This document shows positions 17,568 through 29,500 of a stretch of 64,000 nucleotides of DNA, one piece after another; the stretch's first letter is position 1; every line of letters begins with the position of its first letter. The position numbers and the translations under genes are program-made. The stretch is from a virus. The notes beneath the pieces were generated by a model that made no database searches, was not told the origin of the DNA, and saw nothing but the letters and a program-made list of their open reading frames with translations. The stretch is taken from positions 70,352 to 134,351 of the IMG/VR virus record IMGVR_UViG_3300045994_000055. One strand, written 5' to 3'.

Positions 17568-18251
17568 ATGAGTAAAGGCATTAGATATAACGGCGATTAT
17601 AGTATTACCGCGGCAGACGCTACTGGTAATCTCATTGTGACTGTGGATACAATGACGATTCACGGCAACCTGAATGTCATTGGTAATGTAAGTGAAATTA
17701 CATCTAATAATAGTGCTGTGTCTGATAATTTTATCACCCTGAATGCAGGTGAGACCGCAGCAGGCGTTACATTGGGCACAGCTGGTATCGACGTAGATCG
17801 TGGGTCACTAGCCAGAACTGCAATTCGTTGGAATGAAAACAGACCCACAGGCCCTGCACGTTGGGAACTAACTAACGACGGTACAACTTGGGGTGGCATT
17901 TCTACCATAACCAGCTCAGGTGCATCGTTTGCGTTGATTGATGACTTAAACCCGCAACTAGGTGCAAATCTAGATGTATTGGGCCGCACTATTTTTAGTT
18001 CAAACAATGAAGTAGTTATATTTGGTATGAGTGCAGGAAATTTAATCCCTGCTGGCACTTACGGTTCGGGCATTGCAATTCAAAATACTCCTGTCGTTCC
18101 GTCGGCTATTACAGATCATACTGTAATCTACTCACAAGAACCGCAAAATGGTGGCGCCGGCTTATATGTAACAACTAACCCAGCCAACCCAGTGCAAGAA
18201 GAATTAATAACCAAAGCTAAGGCAATTGCTTATGCTTTGATTTTCAGATAA
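17568..18251 (+). CDS. Virion structural protein (fibre/baseplate associated)
   Basis: DNFITLN...GIDVDRG module, DLNPQLGANLDV motif; late promoter. Confidence 0.65.
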   Translation: MSKGIRYNGDYSITAADATGNLIVTVDTMTIHGNLNVIGNVSEITSNNSAVSDNFITLNAGETAAGVTLGTAGIDVDRGSLARTAIRWNENRPTGPARWELTNDGTTWGGISTITSSGASFALIDDLNPQLGANLDVLGRTIFSSNNEVVIFGMSAGNLIPAGTYGSGIAIQNTPVVPSAITDHTVIYSQEPQNGGAGLYVTTNPANPVQEELITKAKAIAYALIFR

Positions 18252-18260
18252 GGAACAACA

Positions 18261-18587
18261 ATGTTAACAAGCGTATTATTACCAATCACTCCGACAAGCA
18301 TTATTGCGGGCACTCCTACTGAAGGTGTGGCATTAACTTGCATTCAAGCTTGCAATAACACAAATATTGCAGGTACGCCCCAAACGTTAACACTAAGCGT
18401 GTATGCAGTGCCGGCAGGTCGTTCAGCAGACGCGACAACATTAATTTATAGTGAAATTGAAATTACGGCAGGCGATTCATACATAGTCGATCAAGAGCGT
18501 ATGGTATTAGGTAACGGTGACTCTATATGGGCCAAAGCTTCAATAGCGGGAGCGTTAGTTTTCACAGTTAGCTCAGTGGGTATCTAA
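18261..18587 (+). CDS. Small virion structural protein
   Basis: Beta-rich 108 aa ORF with RBS in the fibre operon. Confidence 0.6.
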   Translation: MLTSVLLPITPTSIIAGTPTEGVALTCIQACNNTNIAGTPQTLTLSVYAVPAGRSADATTLIYSEIEITAGDSYIVDQERMVLGNGDSIWAKASIAGALVFTVSSVGI

Positions 18588-18588
18588 A

Positions 18589-19044
18589 ATGGGTCGTTAT
18601 TTAAAAAACGTTAAGCTACAAACAGGAGCAAATAAAGCTATTCAAGTTCCGTTGTCTACGTCTGCTGGTGGTCCACAGGTACCACAAGACGGTATGATCC
18701 GCTTCAATACCACTCTAAATCAACTTGAGTGGTTCTATAATGGGCAATGGTGGGATGTAGCTAACCGCGGTACAGTAGACATCATCATTGAGACTCACAC
18801 TGGCAACGAATTTGTTGGTACTGATGTAGGCTACGATCTTCAACTCAATAATCAAGCTAATTATATAACAGACTTTATGGTGTTTATTGGTGGGGTTTAT
18901 CAGATCCCCGGCGTGCATTACACCTTCGCTGTCCCATCGACATTGACTTTAGTAAGCGCACCGCCAACAGTTGACTCTGCAGGTAACGCTAACTACATAA
19001 CTATAGTGTTTAACTTGAATTCTACCAATGCAGTATACGGCTAA
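18589..19044 (+). CDS. Virion structural protein
   Basis: GMIRFNT...EWFYNGQW module and VFIGGVYQIPG module shared with fibre proteins. Confidence 0.65.
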   Translation: MGRYLKNVKLQTGANKAIQVPLSTSAGGPQVPQDGMIRFNTTLNQLEWFYNGQWWDVANRGTVDIIIETHTGNEFVGTDVGYDLQLNNQANYITDFMVFIGGVYQIPGVHYTFAVPSTLTLVSAPPTVDSAGNANYITIVFNLNSTNAVYG

Positions 19045-19076
19045 GAAGCAAATAAATATAAAAACGGAGCGTTAAC

Positions 19077-20534
19077 ATGGCAATTGGAAGAATATCGGGA
19101 CAAATGTTGTCGTCTAGCTTGGACAGACAAAGCAATCTGACCTTTATCAACAACACAACCACGTTAATGCATTTGGATTTTTCGGGGTCTAAGGTAGGTA
19201 TTAACACAGATAATGTCACCGAAACTCTTACTGTCAAAGGTAAAATAGGAACAGATGATAGCGAAGGCGGTGGGGTATTAATTAACGGTACTACTATTTC
19301 AGCCAAAGCCAATCGTATCTTATACGTAGGCAGCGAGGTCGCCCTAGGCGATTTGAGTACGGTGTACATCAATGGCGGCAGCAATTTAGACATTATTACT
19401 ACGGATGGTAGTGGAACGTTGACTTGGACAAGCGCAAATGTATGGTTGGCTAACAGCAACTTCTTGCAAGACTTAACCATCAATGGTGCCACTTTATCAA
19501 CAAGTGTAACTAACGGTAATGTAACTATCCAAGGCAACGGGACTGGCCTAGTTACATCGCCAAACATGTACGTAGGCAATTTAAATGCTGGATACTTTCT
19601 GTCTAACGATATAAATGGCGTAATGTACGGAGTAGTGAACGGCGTTTTGAACGGTGATGTGCTAACACCAGCACAGCCATTCATAACAAGCGTTGGTACA
19701 TTGACTGGTTTAACAACGTCGGGTAACATTTATGCCCCGTTTGTAAATGCACAGCTACGCGGCGCTCTTTATACGAATAACATATACGATGTTAATGGAA
19801 ATTTAACAATACACACGCAACCAGGTGCTGTGCTAACTATTGACAGTACAGCAGCACAAGTTATACCAGTGGGTAGTACAGCCCAACGCCCTACGGGCCC
19901 ATTGGGATCATTTAGGTATAACACAGAATCCAATGCTCCGGAGTATTTTAACGGTACATCTTGGGTCAGTATGAAATCTGAAGTGTCTACACAGTCACTT
20001 TACGGAAACAACTCGCAAGATACATTCTTGCTAAACTATCACACCACACAAGATAGTATCATTGTAAGTATTAACGGTACAGTTCAACAACCAGGAATTG
20101 CTTATGCCGTTGATCCTAACTCTGCCAACTACATTCTCTTTACCGAAGTACCAAAATCAGGTGATACTATAGAAGTTCGGTTCTTGTCTACGGCGCCAAT
20201 GGTAGAGATGGCGCAACAAAACTCGATTACGGTAGTTTCCCCAACTATTAGTTATGGCACCTCCCCAGTAATCATTGACGAGTTCAAAATGGTTGATTAT
20301 AGATCCGCAAAATATACAGTTACGGCACAAGCAGCTAACGGCGACTTAAATATGTCTGAAGTTATGGTTATGCATGACGGAATTACGTCTACAGCTACAC
20401 AGACTGCAACAGCAGGTACGGCAAATGTGGTTGCCTATACTACCACTGTAGCTGCTGGTAATGTACGACTATTAGCGCAATCGGCGCTTTCTGGTGCCTC
20501 ATTGAAATTGTATAAACTTTACTTCCCACTTTAA
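19077..20534 (+). CDS. Tail fibre/baseplate-associated structural protein
   Basis: PVGSTAQRP...RYNT, VSINGTVQQP, YRSAKY modules. Confidence 0.7.
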   Translation: MAIGRISGQMLSSSLDRQSNLTFINNTTTLMHLDFSGSKVGINTDNVTETLTVKGKIGTDDSEGGGVLINGTTISAKANRILYVGSEVALGDLSTVYINGGSNLDIITTDGSGTLTWTSANVWLANSNFLQDLTINGATLSTSVTNGNVTIQGNGTGLVTSPNMYVGNLNAGYFLSNDINGVMYGVVNGVLNGDVLTPAQPFITSVGTLTGLTTSGNIYAPFVNAQLRGALYTNNIYDVNGNLTIHTQPGAVLTIDSTAAQVIPVGSTAQRPTGPLGSFRYNTESNAPEYFNGTSWVSMKSEVSTQSLYGNNSQDTFLLNYHTTQDSIIVSINGTVQQPGIAYAVDPNSANYILFTEVPKSGDTIEVRFLSTAPMVEMAQQNSITVVSPTISYGTSPVIIDEFKMVDYRSAKYTVTAQAANGDLNMSEVMVMHDGITSTATQTATAGTANVVAYTTTVAAGNVRLLAQSALSGASLKLYKLYFPL

Positions 20535-20614
20535 AGTACGCACATTTTAAAAACCGCTGGTAATAGCCATATTAGCGACACGCAGCTAAATATGGATATA
20601 ACTGGAGATAAAAG

Positions 20615-23485
20615 ATGGCCGTAACTAGAATTAAAAATAATCAGATCACTGATTCGACAATTACATACCAAAAGATTGCCAACCAAACACTTGTTGGTGC
20701 AAACTTTAACCCGAACTTAACCCTTAACTCAAACGTTAGTATTATTGGTAACTTAACAGTGTCTGGTGGCTCCAGCGTTGTTAATTCCACTAATACCTAC
20801 GTTAACGATCCGGTGGTTGTGTTCAACAATGGATACATTGGTAGCTTAACAGGCTATGACATTGGTATTTTAGTCAATCGTAACTTAGCAACCTTAACTG
20901 GCTACGGCGCAGTTAACACAGCTTGGTTATGGAGCGAAGCTGATAGCGCATTCGTAGCAATTGCTACAACAGACACAGGCGAAGGTGTCACAGGAGTTAA
21001 CAACTCTGGCTTTGTCAACATCAAAGCACACGATGTAACAGCAACAGGCAACGTAGACATTACAGGTTCGATTTCTGCTTCTAGCTTCAGCGTTGGCGCT
21101 GGTGGTACATTTAGCGGTAACATTTCGTCTGCATACGCAACAATCACAAACTTAACATCTGGCAATGCACAGATCAGTGGCGGCGCTATTACAAGCACAC
21201 CAGTTTCTGGCTCTACTGTACAAGCAACAGTATTAACTACTGCAAATGCACAAATTTCCGGCGGCGCAATTAGCAATACACCTATTAACGGTTCCGTTAT
21301 TGGTGCAAACGTTGCAGCAGCAGGTACGTTCACAACATTAACATCCACTGGTGGCATTACTGGTACGTTGCAAACAGCAGCACAACCAAATGTAACATCC
21401 GTTGGCACATTGACAAGCTTAAGCGTAACAGGCACCGCAACTGCTGGTAATATCAGCACTGCTGGTACAGCTACAGTCGGTACATCTACAGTAACAGGTA
21501 ATGCTACAGTTGGTGGTACTTTAGGCGTAACTGGTGACGTTACAGTCTCATCTAACGTAAACAGCACAAGCACAACTACTGGTTCTATCGTAACTGCGGG
21601 TGGTGTTGGTATTGCTAAGGATGTAAACATCGGTGGTTTAGCTAACATTGCAAATGTACAAGTAGCTAACAACACAATTTCTTCCCTAAGCGGCAACTTA
21701 AACTTAAGCAGCTCTGGCTCCGTTAAAATCGGCGCATTGACAATGCCTCAAGTTGACGGTGTTGCAGCTTCGGTTATGACATCTGACGGTGCAGGTAATT
21801 TAAGTTTACAAAGCTTGGCAGGCGCCGGCGTTCGTGGTAATGTTATCCAATTAGGTACCCCAACTACTGGAACAATAGTTGACAACAGCCCAGCTATTAC
21901 TACATGGACAACAGGTACATACATTACTGATGCAGTTGACCGTTTGAATGAAGTATTAGGCAAGTTGGTTCCAACTCAACCATCTACATTCCCTGGTTCT
22001 CCGTTCACATTGACAGTAAGCAGCTTAAGCAGCGGTTTACGTATGACTAACTTCACACAGACAGACAACAGTGGTACTGGTGGCCGTTCTGTAGCTGGTG
22101 GTACAACTATTTCGGCATACAAGCGTGTAAACACATACGCAACAAACGCAGCTAACGACGTTGGCCCTGGTGATTCCGGTACAGTTTCCGTTATGAAGAA
22201 CGGCGCTTCCTCTGGTTCCCACACAATCGTTTCTGGCACTGGTAACAACGGTACATACAGCGATTTAGTTATCAGTGACAACGCTGACTACGGTAGCAAG
22301 TCTGCTCAAGCTTTAGGCTTCTGGTACTCCTTTGACGCGGCAGCTTCTGGTACAGTTGCTGGCGGTTGGAACGATGTATACTTGACAGACACAGCTGGTA
22401 CACCAACAAATACAGTTGGGTGGTACTATGACTCTGCGGCTCCTGGTACTCCAGTTATTACACAAAGCAGCTTTGCAGTGACTTCTAACGTAGTTGCATA
22501 CAGCTCAAGCGTTCCTCACTACACTTCCAGTGCAGTTTGGACATACAGCGGTACAGCAAATCGTTTAACTGGTGACTTATACCCAGCTACAGACAGCTTC
22601 TTTACTGGCACTGCAGGTGGTTCGTTCCAAGCACCAGCTACGGTAACATACACCGCAGCAGGCGTAACAGTTCCTCCTGCACGTAACTTGTATGTTGCTT
22701 CTGGTTCCGCTACAGTTTCTACAACAGCTTCCATTGCTAACAGCACTGGCGTAAGCAGCGTAGGTCCTACAGTAAGCGCAGCAAACAGCTATGCAACAGG
22801 CAGCTTGGCATTAACACCAGGCGGCAACGTATTACGTATTGATGCAGCAAGCACAGCAACACCAAATGAAAACAACATCGTTGTTGGTACATTCGGTTCC
22901 GGCGGTGCAGCAAGTGCAGTACGTGTTGGTGGTTTAGCTACAGGTGCTACTCCAACTACAGGCAGCATCACAAGCTGGACAAGCAGCTCAGCATTACCAA
23001 CATATGAAGCTACAGTTGTAGGCGGTACTATCAAGAACGATACTACAAACTACAGCACAGGCTATTTCCCAGTTGGTCCAGACTTAAGCACTGGCCGTAC
23101 TGGTACACAATACATTACATTCCGTATCACTCGTGATGCAACATCTAAGTTCGACATTGCTGTAACAGGCAAGATCTCTGGCGTGCAAGTTGCATTGCCA
23201 GGCAGCAGTTTAGACACAACAGCTTCCCCAACTAATGGTTGGATCGACGCTACTGTGGCTTACGGCGGCGCAGGTGTTCCAGGTACTGGTACAGGCGGTA
23301 ACGGCAGCACAGGTTGCGCATTGGGCGGTGCTATTACTACAGGTTCCGTGGTAACACAAAGCAAGACAGTAACATTTGGTACAGTATCTAGTAACAGCAG
23401 CACTAATAACTATATCTTTGTACGTTTTGCATTAGTAGCTGGTGATAGCATTACAGCATTGAGCTTCCCGAACGCGACACACTAA
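20615..23485 (+). CDS. Large virion fibre protein
   Basis: 956 aa Thr/Gly/Ser-rich, AQPNVTSVGTL and GGVGIAK repeats. Confidence 0.75.
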   Translation: MAVTRIKNNQITDSTITYQKIANQTLVGANFNPNLTLNSNVSIIGNLTVSGGSSVVNSTNTYVNDPVVVFNNGYIGSLTGYDIGILVNRNLATLTGYGAVNTAWLWSEADSAFVAIATTDTGEGVTGVNNSGFVNIKAHDVTATGNVDITGSISASSFSVGAGGTFSGNISSAYATITNLTSGNAQISGGAITSTPVSGSTVQATVLTTANAQISGGAISNTPINGSVIGANVAAAGTFTTLTSTGGITGTLQTAAQPNVTSVGTLTSLSVTGTATAGNISTAGTATVGTSTVTGNATVGGTLGVTGDVTVSSNVNSTSTTTGSIVTAGGVGIAKDVNIGGLANIANVQVANNTISSLSGNLNLSSSGSVKIGALTMPQVDGVAASVMTSDGAGNLSLQSLAGAGVRGNVIQLGTPTTGTIVDNSPAITTWTTGTYITDAVDRLNEVLGKLVPTQPSTFPGSPFTLTVSSLSSGLRMTNFTQTDNSGTGGRSVAGGTTISAYKRVNTYATNAANDVGPGDSGTVSVMKNGASSGSHTIVSGTGNNGTYSDLVISDNADYGSKSAQALGFWYSFDAAASGTVAGGWNDVYLTDTAGTPTNTVGWYYDSAAPGTPVITQSSFAVTSNVVAYSSSVPHYTSSAVWTYSGTANRLTGDLYPATDSFFTGTAGGSFQAPATVTYTAAGVTVPPARNLYVASGSATVSTTASIANSTGVSSVGPTVSAANSYATGSLALTPGGNVLRIDAASTATPNENNIVVGTFGSGGAASAVRVGGLATGATPTTGSITSWTSSSALPTYEATVVGGTIKNDTTNYSTGYFPVGPDLSTGRTGTQYITFRITRDATSKFDIAVTGKISGVQVALPGSSLDTTASPTNGWIDATVAYGGAGVPGTGTGGNGSTGCALGGAITTGSVVTQSKTVTFGTVSSNSSTNNYIFVRFALVAGDSITALSFPNATH

Positions 23486-23508
23486 TATAATCTAGGAGAA
23501 TAATTAAA

Positions 23509-26500
23509 ATGGCAATTAGCGATACACAAAAAATTGACGACCTGTACAAGAAGTTAGTATACGGCGTCACTAAAACAGACGTTGCAGGAAATAAATCTCC
23601 TAGTAACGAAGCAATAGCGAGCCCGCTATTGGTTCGTGGCGACACACTATGGAACCAATCTGGTGACATCCCAAGTACAGCACCAGGTTCTACATCTGGT
23701 GTAGTACATGTTCGCACTGGTACCGCATCTATTATGGCTGCGGCTGATCCTACAGTAGTTCCATCTACACGTACTTGGTTGACAAGTATCGCAAAATGGA
23801 TTCCTCCAGAGTTTGGTTCGAGCTACACTGTTAAGGCATACGCTGACACAGCTGGCGCAGCAAATCCACAAAGCACTGGTACATTGTTAGCACCGGACGG
23901 TTCCGGTAACAATGACGCTTGGATATTTGACTACCAAGCAGGTGTTTTAAACTTTGCTGACACTAACGTCCCTACAGCTTTAAGCGGTAAGGTTGTTTAC
24001 ATTGTTGGTTATACATACACTGGTACAATGGGTGTTGCAAACAACGCTTCGTTCGGTAACTTAACAGTTTCTGACACAACTATTTCCGCAGCTACTACAA
24101 ACAGTAGCTTGAACTTAAGCGGCAATGGTACAGGTAACGTTGTTTTAACTGGCACCACAGTAGTGGTTGCTGGTAACGAAACAGTTTCTGGTACATTAGC
24201 TGTAACTGGTGCTGTAACTGCTCCTACATTCAACGGTAACGTAAGTGCTACTACAGCAACTATCGCTACAGCTACTATCTCCGGTGGCACTGTAAACGGT
24301 ACAGTTATTGGTGGTACAACTCCTGCAGCAGCAACATTCACAACAGTAACTGGCGGTCCTGCTACATTCAGCAGCATCAACAATACTCCAGTTGGTAATG
24401 CAACTCCTTCCACTGGTGCGTTCACATCGTTAGCAGCTAACGGCGCAACAACATTCACAGACGCTACACAAAGCACATTGACAAACAATGGCGCTGTAGT
24501 TATTGCTGGCGGTGTTGGTATTGCTAAGAACTTAAACGTTGGTGGCGATACTGTTATTGGTGGTAACTTAACAGTTGCAGGTACAACTACAACAGTTAAC
24601 TCTACAACAGTAGCGGTTGCTGACTTAAACATCACTGTAGCCAAAGACGCTACAACCGCAGCACAAGCTGACGGCGGTGGTTTAACTGTAGCTGGTGCAA
24701 ACGCAACATTAACTTATGTTCAAGCAACAGATACATGGAATTTAAATAAAGATGTTACTGCTCCTGCATTAGCATTAAGTGGTGTAACAAACAGCACAAG
24801 CCCAACAACTGGTGACTTGACAACTGCTGGTGGTGCAGGTGTTGCTATTGACTTATGGGTAGGCGGCACAATCCACGGTAACATTGCTACAAGTAACTTA
24901 CAAGCTACAGGTGGTTCTGCTACTGGCATGACAGCATTGAGCTCGACAACAGTAACAACTGGCAACGCTCAAATCTCTGGCGGCGCTATCACTAGCACAC
25001 CAGTAAGCGGCAGCACTGGTTCGTTCACAACAGCAACAACTGGTAACTTACAAGCAACTGGCGGCGCATTAAGCGGTGTTACCGTTTCTGCAACTTCCGT
25101 TACAACAGCTAACGCTCAAGTAACTGGCGGTGCAATCAGCGGTACCCCAGTTAGCGGTTCTACTGTACAAGGTACAAGCGTAACAACAGCTAACGCAGTA
25201 GTTACTGGTGGTACAATGTCTGGTGTTACAATCACAAGCAGCCCAATCTCTGGTAGCACTGGTTCGTTCTCGACATTGACATCTGGTTCAGCTACATTAA
25301 CTGGCGGTGCAATCAGCGGTATGACAGTTGACGCTACAAGCGTAACAACTAGCAACGCACAGATCACTGGCGGTTCCGTAACTGGCGTAGCATTAGGTGC
25401 TACAAGCTTCACAACAGCTAACGCACAGATTACTGGTGGTAATATCAGCGGTACTCCAGTAAGCGGCAGCACTGGTTCGTTCACAGTATTGACAACAGCT
25501 AACGCACAAGTTACTGGTGGTGATATCCAGAACACACCAATCAGCGGTTCTACTGGTTCGTTTACTAACGTTACAACTGGTGGCTTAACAGCTACAAGCG
25601 GTTCTGTAACTGGCTTGACAACATTGAGTGCAACTACAGCTTCTGCTACTAACTTCAGCACAGGCAATGCAGTTATCACCGGTGGCAACATTTATGGTAC
25701 ACCAGTAAGCGGTTCTACTGTTTCTGCCACAAGCGTAAGCACAGGTAACTTACAAGCTACTGGCGGTTCCGTAACTGGAATGACAGATGTTAGCTCTACA
25801 AATGTTACAACTAACAATGCAGTTATCGGTGGCGGTGCTATCAACGCAACTCCAATCGGCGCTACAACAGCGGCAGCAGGTACATTCACAAGCGTAAGCA
25901 CTGGTGGATTAACAGCTACAAGCGGTAATATCACTGGTATGACCAATGTAAGCTCTACAACAGTAACAACTGGTAGCGCACAAATTACAGGTGGTAACAT
26001 TACTGGTACACCAATCAGCGGCTCCACTGTACAAGGTACTTCGGTAACTACAAGCAACTTGCAAGCAACTGGTGGTTCTGCTACTGGCATGACATCCGTA
26101 GCTTCTGCTTTGGTGACTACTGCTAACGCACAGATTTCTGGTGGTGCAATTACTAACACACCAATCTCTGGTGATACAGGTAGCTTCACAACAGCAACAA
26201 CTGGTAACTTACAAGCAACTGGCGGCGCATTAAGCGGTGTTACAGTTAATGCCACAAGCGTAACTACAGCTAACGCTCAAGTAACTGGCGGCGCAATTAC
26301 TGGTACTCCAGTTAGCGGTTCGACAGTTGGTGCAACAGTATTGACAACAAGCAATGCACAAGTAACTGGTGGTGCAATTACTAACACACCAATCTCTGGC
26401 AGCACTGGTTCTTTTACAACATTAAGCGCAAGCAGCTTCACATCTGACAGTATCAATAATACTCCAGTTGGTAATGCAGTTCCTTCCACTGGTGCTTTCA

Positions 26501-29500
26501 CAACATTGACTTCCAATGGTGCGACAACATTCACATCTAATGTACAAAGCACAAGTACAACTACTGGCGCTATTGTTACAGCAGGTGGTGTTGGTATTGC
26601 TAAGAACTTAAACGTTGGTGGCGACACTATCATTGGTGGCAACTTAACAGTTAACGGTACAACTACAACAGTTAATTCCACAAGCTTATCTACAGTAGAC
26701 AACAACATCACTCTTGCAGTTGGTGCGATTGACAATGCTACTGCTGACGGCTCTGGTTTAACAGTAGCTGGTTCTGGTGCAACATTCACATATGATGGCA
26801 CAGCAGACACATGGAACGTAAACAAGAACTTTGTTGCTCCTGATGTAACCATCACAAGCGCAGTTGATGCAACAAGCACAACCACTGGTAGCTTAAACAC
26901 TGCTGGCGGCGCTGGCATTGTTAAGGATCTATGGGTTGGTGGCGTAATTCACGGTGCTATTGCTACAGCTAACTTGCAAGCAACTGGTGGTAACATCTCT
27001 GGTATCACAAACTTTGCGGCAACTACTGGTTCAGTAACTAACTTGTCTTCTGGTAACGTAACAGTAACTGGTGGTACAATTGACGGTACAGTCATTGGTG
27101 CGACAACAGCGGCAGACGGTACATTTACAACATTGTTTACTGCTAATGCGCAAGTAACTGGCGGCAAAGCAACTGGGTTAACAACAATGAGCGCAGTAAC
27201 AGGTACTGTAACTAACTTGTCTTCTGGCAACGTAGCAGTAACTGGTGGTACAATTGTTGACACTCCAATCAGCGGCTCCACAGGTAGTTTCACAACAATG
27301 ACAACTGCTGGCGCAGCAATTACTGGTGGTTCTGCTACTGGTTTAAGCGCAGTAAGTTCGACATTAGTTACAACTGGCAATGCACAGATTTCCGGTGGTG
27401 CTATTACAAGCACACCAATCTCTGGCAGCACTGGTTCGTTCACTGTAATGACTACAGGCAACGCACAAATCACTGGCGGTTCGTTAAGTGGTGTTACCGT
27501 TGCAGTTACATCGTTGTCCACAGCTAACGCAATTATCACTGGTGGTAACATCAGCAATACGCCAATTAGCGGTTCTACTGGTGCGTTCACAAGCGTAACA
27601 ACTGGTCCAATTACAGCTACAAGCGGTTCCGTAACTGGTTTAACAGATTTAACTTCTACAAACTTTGCATCCGGCAACGTTACAATTACTGGCGGCACAA
27701 TCACTGGTACACCAATCTCTGGTGCAACAGTTGGTGCAACAGTATTGACAACAAGCAATGCACAAGTAACTGGTGGTTCTGTAATTGGCTTGACAACATT
27801 GACTGCTACAAACGGTACAGTAACTAACTTTGCTTCTGGTAATGCACAAATTACTGGCGGTAACGTAACAGCAACTTCTGTAACAACAGGTGGTGCAGTT
27901 ATTACTGGCGGTACAATTGATGCTACTACAATTGGTGCAACAACACCAAGCACTGGTGCGTTTACAACATTGAGTACAACTGGTGCAGCTTCTGTAAACA
28001 GCTTAGTGACAGCTAACGTACAAGCAACTGGCGGCGCACTAAGCGGTGTTACAGTTTCTGCAACTAGCTTGACAACAAGCAATGCACAAGTAACTGGCGG
28101 TGCTATTACAAGCACACCAATCTCTGGTAGCACTGGTTCGTTCTCGACATTGACATCTGGCGCAGTTACATTGACAGGCGGTTCGATTACTGGTACAACA
28201 GTAAGCGGCAGCACAGTTGGTGCAACAGTATTGACAACAGCTAATGCACAAATTAGCGGTGGCGCAATTGACGGTACAGTTATTGGTGGCACAACAGCGG
28301 CAGCAGGTACATTCACAACAATGAATGCAACTAACGTTGGTGGTACATTAACTACAGCAGCACAGCCAAATGTAACATCCGTTGGTACATTGACAAGCGT
28401 TGCAGTTTCTGGTGCAGCTACATTAGGTGCAACTACAGCTAACAGCTTAAGCACAAGCGCAGCTACAATCACTGGCGGTACTGTAAACGGTACAGTTATC
28501 GGTGGTGTAACTCCAGCAGCTGGTACGTTCACAACAGTAACAGCAGCAAGCTTCAGTGCTACTGGTGGTATTGATAACACACCAATCGGCGCAAACGTTG
28601 CAAGCACAGGTGCTTTCACAACATTAAGCGCAAGCAATGTAGTAACAATCACAGACACAACACAATCTACAAGCACTGTAACAGGCGCATTGAAGGTTGC
28701 TGGCGGTGTTGGTATTGTTAAGAACTTGAACGTTGGCGGTGACGCAATTGTTGAAGGTAACTTGACAGTTGGTGGTAGCGTTACAACAGTTAACAGCACA
28801 ACAGTTTCCGTAGCTGATAAGAACATCACAATTGCACAAGGTGCATTGACTGGTGCGGCAGCAGACGGCGCTGGTATTACAGTTGACGGCCCAGCAGCAG
28901 CGACAATCTTGTACACATTTGCAACAGACACATGGAACTTTAATAAGGACCTAGTAGCTAGCGCATTCACTGGTAACGTAGTAGCTACGACAGTTGGTGG
29001 TACATTGACTACAGCAGCACAGCCAAATGTAACATCCGTTGGTACATTGACATCGTTGGCAGTAAGCGGTGCAGCAAGTGCTGGTTCCGTAACAACAGCT
29101 AATGCACAAGTAACTGGCGGCGCAATTACTGGTACTCCAGTAAGCGGCAGCACAGGTAGCTTCACAACAGCTACAGCAGCTAACTTACAAGCTACAAGCG
29201 GTTCTGTAACAGGCTTAACAACATTAGGCGCTACAACAGGTACTATTACTAACTTGTCCAGCAGCAACGTAACAGTTACTGGTGGTACAATTGACGGTAC
29301 AGTAATTGGTGGTACAACTAGGGCAGCTGGTTCGTTCACAAGCGTAACAGCAGACAGCTTCACAGCAGCAAGCATTAACGGTACAGTAATTGGTAACGTA
29401 ACTCCAAGTACAGCTACATTCACAACAGCCACAGCTACAGACGTAGTTGCTTCGACAGTGACAACAGTTGGTGTAACATCCACTGGTGCAGCTACATTGA

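Noticed and set aside
23485-23509. Readthrough or frameshift joining the 956-aa and 2694-aa fibres
   Set aside because: Stops follow the first gene, there is no slippery site, and the second gene has its own AGGAG RBS.
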